64,000 nt of DNA, taken from assembly GCA_964247055.1 (NCBI GenBank), contig OZ176053.1, forward strand, positions 13,020,001 to 13,084,000, in the 5' to 3' direction. Position 1 is the first letter of the stretch; each line of letters begins with the position of its first letter. Position numbers and translations under genes: made by a program. Positions 14,300-24,989 of this stretch are shown piece after piece. Source of the DNA: Paragordius varius (lineage: Eukaryota; Animalia; Nematomorpha). The notes beneath the pieces were generated by a model that worked only from the letters and a program-made list of their open reading frames with translations, did no database searches and was not told where the DNA came from.

Positions 14300-15320
14300 T
14301 AAACTTTGTCAAAAATCGGATATTGGTCACCGGTGAACAAAACTATTTTTTATACATTCTTTTAGTAAGACTACATTAAAATATAGAGATAGTTTGACTA
14401 ACTCTTTCATATCCGATTTTTACAACGATACTTTTAAAATTAATGTATAAAACTAATCGCATCAATACTCAAGTTAAACTTTGTCCTTAACAATCGGATA
14501 TTGGTCTTTGGTGAACAAAATTATTTTTTATACATTCTCTTATTAAGACTACATCAAAATATAGAGATAGTTTGACAAACTCTTTCATATCCGATTTTTA
14601 CAACGATACTTTAAAAATTATTGTATAAAACTAGTCGCATCAATACTCAAGCTAAACTTTGTCCTTAAAAATGGGATATTGTCACCGGTGAACAAAACTA
14701 TTTTTTATACATTCTCTTAGTAAGACTACATCAAAATATAGAGATAGTTTGACAAACTCTTTCATATCCGATTTTTACAACGATACTTTAAAAATTAATG
14801 TATAAAACTAGTCGCATCAATACTCAAGTTAAATTTTGTCCTTAAAAATGGGATATTGGTCACCGGTGAACAAAACTATTTTTTATACATTCTCTTAGTA
14901 CGACTACATTAAAATATAGAGATAGTTTGACAAATTCTTTCATATCCGATTTTTACAACGATACTTTAAAAATTAATGTATAAAACTAGTCGCATCAATA
15001 CTCAAGTTAAACTTTGTCAAAAATCGGATATTGGTCACCGGTGAACAAAACTATTTTTTATAATTCTTTTAGTAAGACTACATCAAAATATAGAGATAGT
15101 TTGACAAACTCTTTAATATCTGATTTTTACAACGATACTTTAAAAATTAATGTATAATTTAGCATACGACAATATTCAAGTTAAACTTTGTCCTTAAAAA
15201 TCGGATATTGGTGACCGGTGAACGAAACTATTTTCTATACATTCTCTTAGAAGGACTACATTAAAATATAGAGATAGTTTGACAAACTCTTTCATATCCG
15301 ATTTTTACAACGATACTTGA
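14300..15320 (+). repeat. Duplicate of ~6880-7900 (offset 7419)
   Basis: TTAACAATCGG at 7072/14491 and the 1-bp deletion GGGATATTGTCACC at 7262/14681 are both offset by 7419. Confidence 0.8.
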
Positions 15321-16012
15321 AAAAATTAATGTATAAAACTAGTCGTATCAATACTCAAGTTAAACTTTGTCCTTAAAAATCGGATATTGGTCACCAGTGA
15401 ACAAAATTATTTTTTATACATTCTCTTAGTAAGAAATATAGAGATAGTTTGACAAACTCTTTCATATCCGATTTTTACAACGATACTTTAAAAATTAATA
15501 TATAAAACTAGTCGTATCAATAAATCGCATCAATACTCAAGTTAAACTTTGTCCTTAAAAATCGGATATTGGTACCGGTGAACAAAATTATTTTTTATAC
15601 ATTCTCTTATTAAGACTACATCAAAATATAGAGATAGTTTGACAAACTCTTTCATATCCGATTTTTACAACGATACTTTAAAAATTATTGTATAAAACTA
15701 GTCGCATCAATACTCAAGCTAAACTTTGTCCTTAAAAATGGGATATTGTCACCGGTGAACAAAACTATTTTTTATACATTCTCTTAGTAAGACTACATCA
15801 AAATATAGAGATAGTTTGACAAACTCTTTCATATCCGATTTTTACAACGATACTTTAAAAATTAATGTATAAAACTAGTCGCATCAATACTCAAGTTAAA
15901 TTTTGTCCTTAAAAATGGGATATTGGTCACCGGTGAACAAAACTATTTTTTATACATTCTCTTAGTACGACTACATTAAAATATAGAGATAGTTTGACAA
16001 ATTCTTTCATAT

Positions 16013-19000
16013 CCGATTTTTACAACGATACTTGAAAAAATTAATGTATAAAACTAGTCGTATCAATACTCAAGTTAAACTTTGTCCTTAAAAATCGGAT
16101 ATTGGTCACCGGTGACCAAAATTATTTTTTATACATTCTCTTATTAAGACTACATCAAAATATAGAGATAGTTTGACAAACTCTTTAATATCTGATTTTT
16201 ACAACGATACTTTAAAAATTAATGTATGATTTAGCATACGACAATATTCAAGTTAAACTTTGTCCTTAAAAATCGGATATTGGTGACCGGTGAACGAAAC
16301 TATTTTCTATACATTCTCTTAGAAGGACTACATTAAAATATAGAGATAGTTTGACAAACTCTTTCATATCCGATTTTTACAACGATACTTGAAAAAATTA
16401 ATGTATAAAACTAGTCGTATCAATACTCAAGTTAAACTTTGTCCTTAAAAATCGGATATTGGTCACCAGTGAACAAAATTATTTTTTATACATTCTCTTA
16501 GTAAGAAATATAGAGATAGTTTGACAAACTCTTTCATATCCGATTTTTACAACGATACTTTAAAAATTAATATATAAAACTAGTCGTATCAATAAATCGC
16601 ATCAATACTCAAGTTAAACTTTGTCCTTAAAAATCGGATATTGGTACCGGTGAACAAAATTATTTTTTATACATTCTCTTATTAAGACTACATCAAAATA
16701 TAGAGATAGTTTGACAAACTCTTTCATATCCGATTTTTACAACGATACTTTAAAATTTAATGTATATAACTAGTCGCATCAATACTCAAGCTAAACTTTG
16801 TCCTTAAAAATGGGATATTGGTCACCGGTGAACAAAACTATTTTTTATACATTCTCTTACTAAGACTACATTAAAATATAGAGATAGTTTGACAAATTCT
16901 TTCATATCCGATTTTTACAACGATACTTTAAAAATTAATGAATAAAACTAGTCGCATCAATACTCAAATTAAACTTTGTCAAAAATCGGATATTGGTCAC
17001 CGGTGAACAAAACTATTTTTTATAAATCTTTTAGTAAGACTACATCAAAATATAGAGATAGTTTGACAAACTCTTTAATATCTGATTTTTACAACGATAC
17101 TTTAAAAATTAATGTCTAATTTAGCATACGACAATATTCAAGTTAAACTTTGTCCTTAAAAATCGGATATTGGTGACCGGTGAACGAAACTATTTTCTAT
17201 ACATTCTCTTAGAAGGACTACATTAAAATATAGAGATAGTTTGACAAACTCTTTCATATCCGATTTTTACAACGATACTTGAAAAATTAATGTATGATTT
17301 AGCATACGACAATATTCAAGTTAAACTTTGTCCTTAAAAATCGGATATTGGTGACCGGTGAACGAAACTATTTTCTATACATTCTCTTAGAAGGACTACA
17401 TTAAAATATAGAGATAGTTTGACAAACTCTTTCATATCCGATTTTTACAACGATACTTTAAAAATTAATGTATAAAACTAGTCGCATCAATACTCAAGTT
17501 AAACTTTGTCAAAAATCGGATATTGGTCACCGGTGAACAAAACTATTTTTTATACATTCTTTTAGTAAGACTACATCAAAATATAGAGATAGTTTGACTA
17601 ACTCTTTCATATCCGATTTTTACAACGATACTTTTAAAATTAATGTATAAAACTAATCGCATCAATACTCAAGTTAAACTTTGTCCTTAACAATCGGATA
17701 TTGGTCTTTGGTGAACAAAATTATTTTTTATACATTCTCTTATTAAGACTACATCAAAATATAGAGATAGTTTGACAAACTCTTTCATATCCGATTTTTA
17801 CAACGATACTTTAAAAATTATTGTATAAAACTAGTCGCATCAATACTCAAGCTAAACTTTGTCCTTAAAAATGGGATATTGGTCACCGGTGAACAAAACT
17901 ATTTTTTATACATTCTCTTAGTAAGACTACATCAAAATATAGAGATAGTTTGACAAACTCTTTCATATCCGATTTTTACAACGATACTTGAAAAAATTAA
18001 TGTATAAAACTAGTCGTATCAATACTCAAGTTAAACTTTGTCCTTAAAAATCGGATATTGGTCACCGGTGACCAAAATTATTTTCTATACATTCTCTTAG
18101 AAGGACTACATTAAAATATAGAGATAGTTTGACAAACTCTTTCATATCCGATTTTTACAACGATACTTGAAAAAATTAATGTATAAAACTAGTCGTATCA
18201 ATACTCAAGTTAAACTTTGTCCTTAAAAATCGGATATTGGTCACCAGTGAACAAAATTATTTTTTATACATTCTCTTAGTAAGAAATATAGAGATAGTTT
18301 GTCAAACTCTTTTCATATCCAATTTTTACAACGATACTTTAAAAATTTATGTATGATTTAGCATACGACAATATTCAAGTTAAACTTTGTCCTTAAAAAT
18401 CGGATATTGGTGACCGGTGAACGAAACTATTTTCTATACATTCTCTTAGAAGGACTACATTAAAATATAGAGATAGTTTGACAAACTCTTTCATATCCGA
18501 TTTTTACAACGATACTTGAAAAAATTGATGTATAAAAATAGTCGTATCAATACTCAAGTTAAACTTTGTCCTTAAAAATCGGATATTGGTCACCAGTGAA
18601 CAAAATTATTTTTTATACATTCTCTTAGTAAGAAATATAGAGATAGTTTGACAAACTCTTTCATATCCGATTTTTACAACGATACTTTAAAAATTAATGT
18701 ATAAAACTAGTCATATCAATAAATCGCATCAATACTCAAGTTAAACTTTGTCCTTAAAAATCGGATATTGGTCACCGGTGAACAAAATTATTTTTTATAC
18801 ATTCTCTTTAAGACTACATCAAAATATAGAGATAGTTTGACAAACTCTTTAATATCTGATTTTTAGAGCGATACTTTAAAAATTAATGTATAATTTAGCA
18901 TACGACAATAAGCAAGTTAAACTTTGTCCTTAAAAATCGGATATTAGTCGCCGGTAAAGAAAATAATCTTTTATACATTCTCTTAGTAGTACTACATCAA

Positions 19001-19114
19001 AATATAGAGATAGTTTGACAAACTCTTTAATATCTGATTTTTAGAGCGATACTTTAAAAATTAATGTATAATTTAGCATACGAGAATAAGCAAGTTAAAC
19101 TTTGTCCTTAAAAA
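16013..19114 (+). repeat. Duplicate of ~7880-10982 (offset 8132-8133)
   Basis: Marker pairs 7969/16102, 8440/16573, 9559/17691, 10581/18713 and 10952/19084 share the offset. Confidence 0.87.
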
Positions 19115-20810
19115 TGGGATAATGGTCACCGGTGAACAAAACTATTTTTTATACATTCTCTTATTAAGACTACATCAAAATATAGAGATAGTTTGACAAA
19201 TTCTTTCATATCCGATTTTTACAACGATACTTTAAAAATTTATGTATAAAACTAGTCGCATCAATACTCAAGTTAAACTTTGTCCTTAAAAATCGGATAT
19301 TGGTCACCGGTGAACAAAACTATTTTTTATACATTCTTTTAGTAAGACTACATTAAAATATAGAGATAGTTTGACAAATTCTTTCATATCCGATTTTTAC
19401 AACGATACTTTAAAAATTTATGTATAAAACTAGTCGCATCAATACTCAAGTTAAACTTTGTCAAAAATCGGATATTGGTCACCGGTGAACAAAACTATTT
19501 TTTATAATTCTTTTAGTATGACTACATCAAAATATAGAGATAGTTTGACAAACTCTTTATTATCTGATTTTTACAACGATACTTTAAAAATTAATGTATA
19601 ATTTAGCATACGACAATATTCAAGTTAAACTTTGTCCTTAAAAATCGGATATTGGTAACCGGTGAACGAAACTATTTTCTATACATTCTCTTAGAAGGAC
19701 TACATTAAAATATAGAGATAGTTTGACAAACTCTTTCATATCCGATTTTTACAACGATACTTTAAAAATTAATGTATAAAACTAGTCGCATCAATACTCA
19801 AGTTAAGTCCTTAAAAATCGGATATTGGTCACCGGTGAACAAAATTATTTTTTATACATTCTCTTATTAAGACTACATCAAAATATAGAGATAGTTTGAC
19901 AAACTCTTTAATATCTGTTTTTTACAACGATACTTTAAAAATTAATGTATAATTTAGCATATGACAATATTCAAGTTAAACTTTGTCCTTAAAAATCGGA
20001 TATTGGTGACCGGTGAACGAAACTATTTTCTATACATTCTCTTAGAAGGACTACATTAAAATATAGAGATAGTTTGACAAACTCTTTCATATCCGATTTT
20101 TACAACGATACTTGAAAAAATTAATGTATAAAACTAGTCGTATCAATACTCAAGTTAAACTTTGTCCTTAAAAATCGGATATTGGTCACCGGTGACCAAA
20201 ATTATTTTTTATACATTCTCTTATTAAGACTACATCAAAATATAGAGATAGTTTGACAAATTCTTTCATATCCGATTTTTACAACGATACTTTAAAAATT
20301 TATGTATAAAACTAGTCGCATCAATACTCAAGTTAAACTTTGTCCTTAAAAATCGGATATTGGTCACCAGTGAACAAAATTATTTTTTATACATTCTCTT
20401 AGTAAGAAATATAGAGATAGTTTGACAAACTCTTTCATATCCGATTTTTACAACGACTCTTTAAAAATTAATGTATAAAACTAGTCGCATCAATACTCAA
20501 GTTAAGTCCTTAAAAATCGGATATTGGTCACCGGTGAACAAAATTATTTTTTATACATTCTTTTATTAAGACTACATCAAAATATAGAGATAGTTTGACA
20601 AACTCTTTAATATCTGATTTTTACAACGATACTTTAAAAATTAATGTATGATTTAGCATACGACAATATTCAAGTTAAACTTTGTCCTTAAAAATCGGAT
20701 ATTGGTGACCGGTGAACGAAACTATTTTCTATACATTCTCTTAGAAGGACTACATTAAAATATAGAGATAGTTTGACAAACTCTTTCATATCCGATTTTT
20801 ACAACGATAC
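19115..20810 (+). repeat. Duplicate of ~12561-14255 (offset 6554)
   Basis: TGGGATAATGG at 12561/19115, GGTAACC at 13103/19657, and the GTTAAGTCC deletion at 13251/19805 and 13952/20506 all give 6554. Confidence 0.87.
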
Positions 20811-23719
20811 TTGAAAAAATTAATGTATAAAACTTGTCGTATCAATACTCAAGTTAAACTTTGTCCTTAAAAATCGGATATTGGTCACTAGTGAACAAAA
20901 TTATTTTTTATACATTCTCTTAGTAAGAAATATAGAGATAGTTTGACAAACTCTTTCATATCCGATTTTTACAACGATACTTTAAAAATTAATGTATAAA
21001 ACTAGTCGTATCAATAAATCGCATCAATACTCAAGTTAAACTTTGTCCTTAAAAATCGGATATTGGTCACCGGTGAACAAAATTATTTTTTATACATTCT
21101 CTTATTAAGACTACATCAAAATATAGAGATAGTTTGACAAACTCTTTAATATCTGATTTTTAGAGCGATACTTTAAAAATTAATGTATAATTTAGCATAC
21201 GCCAATAAGCAAGTTAAACTTTGTCCTTTAAAATCGGATATTAGTCGCCGGTAAAGAAAATAATTTTTTATACATTCTCTTATAGTACTACATCAAAATA
21301 TAGAGATAGTTTGACAAACTCTTTAATATCTGATTTTTAGAGCGATACTTTAAAAATTAATGTATAATTTAGCATACGACAATAAGCAAGTTAAACTTTG
21401 TCCTTAAAAATCGGATATTGGTCTCCGGTGAACAAAATTATTTTTTATACATTCTCTTATTAAGACTACATCAAAATATAGAGATAGTTTGACAAACTCT
21501 TTCATATCCGATTTTTACAACGATACTTTAAAAAATAATGTATAAAACTAGTCGCATCAATACTCAAGTTAAACTTTGTCAAAAATCGGATATTGGTCAC
21601 CGGTGACCAAAATTATTTTTTATACATTCTCTTATTAAGACTACATCAAAATATAGAGATAGTTTGACAAACTCTTTAATATCTGATTTTTACAACGATA
21701 CTTTAAAAATTAATGTATAATTTAGCATACGACAATATTCAAGTTAAACTTTGTCCTTAAAAATCGGATATTGGTGACCGGTGAACGAAACTATTTTCTA
21801 TACATTCTCTTAGAAGGACTACATTAAAATATAGAGATAGTTTGACAAACTCTTTCATATCCGATTTTTACAACGATACTTTAAAAATTCATGTATAAAA
21901 CTAGTCGCATCAATACTCAAGCTAAACTTTGTCCTTAAAAATGGGATAATGGTCACCGGTGAACAAAACTATTTTTTATACATTCTCTTAGTAAGACTAC
22001 ATCAAAATATAGAGATAGTTTGACAAACTCTTTCATATCCGATTTTTACAACGATACTTTAAAAATTAATGTATAAAACTAGTCGCATCAATACTCAAGT
22101 TAAACTTTGTCCTTAAAAATCGGATATTGGTCACCGGTGAACAAAACTATTTTTTATACATTCTTTTAGTAAGACTACATTAAAATATAGAGATAGTTTG
22201 ACAAATTCTTTCATATCCGATTTTTACAACGATACTTTAAAAATTTATGTATAAAACTAGTCGCATCAATACTCAAGTTAAACTTTGTCAAAAATCGGAT
22301 ATTGGTCACGGGTGAACAAAACTATTTTTTATAATTCTTTTAGTATGACTACATCAAAATATAGAGATAGTTTGACAAACTCTTTATTATCTGATTTTTA
22401 CAACGATACTTTAAAAATTAATGTATAATTTAGCATACGACAATATTCAAGTTAAACTTTGTCCTTAAAAATCGGATATTGGTGACCGGTGAATGAAACT
22501 ATTTTCTATACATTCTCTTAGAAGGACTACATTAAAATATAGAGATAGTTTGACAAACTCTTTCATATCCGATTTTTACAACGATACTTGAAAAAATTAA
22601 TGTATAAAACTAGTCGTATCAATACTCAAGTTAAACTTTGTCCTTAAAAATCGGATATTGGTCACCAGTGAACAAAATTATTTTTTATACATTCTCTTAG
22701 TAAGAAATATAGAGATAGTTTGACAAACTCTTTCATATCCGATTTTTACAACGATACTTTAAAAATTAATGTATAAAACTAGTCGCATCAATACTCAAGT
22801 TAAGTCCTTAAAAATCGGATATTGGTCACCGGTGAACAAAATTATTTTTTATATATTCTCTTATTAAGACTACATCAAAATATAGAGATAGTTTGACAAA
22901 CTCTTTAATATCTGATTTTTACAACGATACTTTAAAAATTAATGTATAATTTAGCACACGACAATATTCAGGTTAAACTTTGTCCTTAAAAATCGGATAT
23001 TGGTGACCTGTGAACGAAACTATTTTCTATACATTCTCTTAGAAGGACTACATTAAAATATGGAGATAGTTTGACAAACTCTTTCATATCCGATTTTTAC
23101 AACGATACTTGAAAAAACTAATGTATAAAACTAGTCGTATCAATACTCAAGTTAAACTTTGTCCTTAAAAATCGGATATTGGTCACCAGTGAACAAAATT
23201 ATTTTTTATACATTCTCTTAGTAAGAAATATAGAGATAGTTTGACAAACTCTTTCATATTCGATTTTTACAACGATACTTTAAAAATTAATGTATAAAAC
23301 TAGTCGTATCAATAAATCGCATCAATACTCAAGTTAAACTTTGTCCTTAAAAATCGGATATTGGTCACCGGTGAACAAAATTATTTTTTATACATTCTCT
23401 TATTAAGACTACATCAAAATATAGAGATAGTTTGAAAACTCTTTAATATCTGATTTTTAGAGCGATACTTTAAAAATTAATGTATAATTTAGCATACGAC
23501 AATAAGCAAGTTAAACTTTGTCCTTAAAAATCGGATATTAGTCGCCGGTAAAGAAAATAATTTTTTATACATTCTCTTAGTAGTACTACCTCAAAATATA
23601 GAGATAGTTTGACAAATTCTTTAATATCTGATTTTTAGAGCGATACTTTAAAAATTAATGTATAATTTAGCATACGACAATAAGCAAGTTAAACTTTGTC
23701 CTTAAAAATCGGATATTCC

Positions 23720-24989
23720 GGTGAACAAAATTATTTTTTATACATTCTCTTATTAAGACTACATCAAAATATAGAGATAGTTTGACAAACTCTTTCATAT
23801 CCGATTTTTACAACGATACTTTAAAAATTAATGTATAAAACTAGTCGCATCAATACTCAAGCTAAACTTTCTCCTTAAAAATGGGATATTGGTCACCGGT
23901 GAACAAAACTATTTTTTATACATTCTCTTAGTAAGATTACATCAAAATATAGAGATAGTTTGACAAACTCTTTTATATCCGATTTTTACAACGATACTTT
24001 TAAAATTAATGTATAAAACTAATCGCATCAATACTCAAGTTAAACTTTGTCCTTAAATCGGATATTGGTCTCCGGTGAACAAAATTATTTTTTATACATT
24101 CTCTTATTAAGACTACATTAAAATATAGAGATAGTTTAACAAACTCTTTCATATCCGATTTTTACAACGATACTTTAAAAATTAATGTATAAAACTAGTC
24201 GCATCAATACTCAAGCTAAACTTTGTCCTTAAAAATGGGATATTGGTCACCGGTGAACAAAACTATTTTTTATACATTCTCTTAGTAAGACTACATCAAA
24301 ATATAGAGATAGTTTGACAAACTCTTTCATATCCGATTTTTACAACGATACTTTAAAAATTAATGTATAAAACTAGTCGTATCAATACTCAAGTTAAACT
24401 TTGTCCTTAAAAATCGGATATTGGTCACCGGTGAACAAAATTATTTTTTATACATTCTCTAATTAAAACTACATCAAAATATAGAGATAGTTTGGCAAAC
24501 TCTTTCATATCCGATTTTTACAACGATACTTTTAAAATTAATGTTAAAAACTAATCGCATCAATACTCAAGTTAAACTTTGTCCTTAAAAATCGGATATT
24601 GGTCTCCGGTGAACAAAATTATTTTTTATACATTCTCTTATTAAGACTACATCAAAATATAGAGATAGTTTGACAAACTCTTTCATATCCGATTTTTACA
24701 ACGATACTTTGAAAATTAATGTATAAAATTAGTCGCATCAATACTCAAGCTAAACTTTGTCGTTAAAATGGGATATTAGTCACCGGTGAACAAAACTATT
24801 TTTTATACATTCTCTTAGTAAGACTACATCAAAATATAGAGATAGTTTGACAAACTCTTTCATATCCGATTTTTACAACGATACTTTTAAAATTAATGTA
24901 TAAAACTAATCGCATCAATACTCAAGTTAAACTTTGTCTTTAAAAATCGGATATTGGTCACCGGTGAACAAAATTATTTTTTATACATT
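23720..24989 (+). repeat. Transition zone of near-consensus monomers between domains B and C
   Basis: It lacks both the B block TAGCATACGAC and the C variants CATCAAATAATAG and TTTATAAATT. It contains the near-consensus monomer 24279-24456 and several private variants. Confidence 0.7.
24329..24456. other. Interleaved inverted repeats within the monomer: P 24329-24342 / P' 24408-24421 (14 bp) and Q 24362-24372 / Q' 24446-24456 (11 bp); present in most monomers
   Basis: ATATCCGATTTTTA and TAAAAATCGGATAT are exact reverse complements, as are AATGTATAAAA and TTTTATACATT. Confidence 0.93.

Larger units (their letters stand above)
4610..23720 (+). repeat. Satellite domain B (subfamily with TTTAGCATACGACAATA, GGTGACCGGTGAACGAAACT, TTAGAAGGACTACATT, 9-bp deletion AGTAAGAAATATAG, 3-bp deletion TTTGTCAAAAATCGG, AATGGGATAT)
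   Basis: TAGCATACGAC is first seen at ~4749 and last seen at ~23668, apart from four islands in domain C. The diagnostic variants co-occur in recurring cassettes. Confidence 0.85.

Noticed and set aside
24413-24432. CENP-B box (TCGGATATTGGTCACCGG resembles TTCG....A..CGGG)
   Set aside because: The two CG dinucleotides are 14 bp apart rather than 9, and the core bases do not match.
24279-24456. Helically phased A-tracts causing intrinsic curvature
   Set aside because: A/T tracts centre near positions 21, 61, 79, 92, 133, 160 and 168. I see no consistent ~10.5-bp phasing by eye; a curvature calculation would be needed.
24329-24456. A conserved functional ncRNA or ribozyme encoded by each monomer
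   Set aside because: No recognisable hammerhead or other Rfam-type core is present, and frequent variants break the stems without compensation. It is kept only as an untested structural observation.
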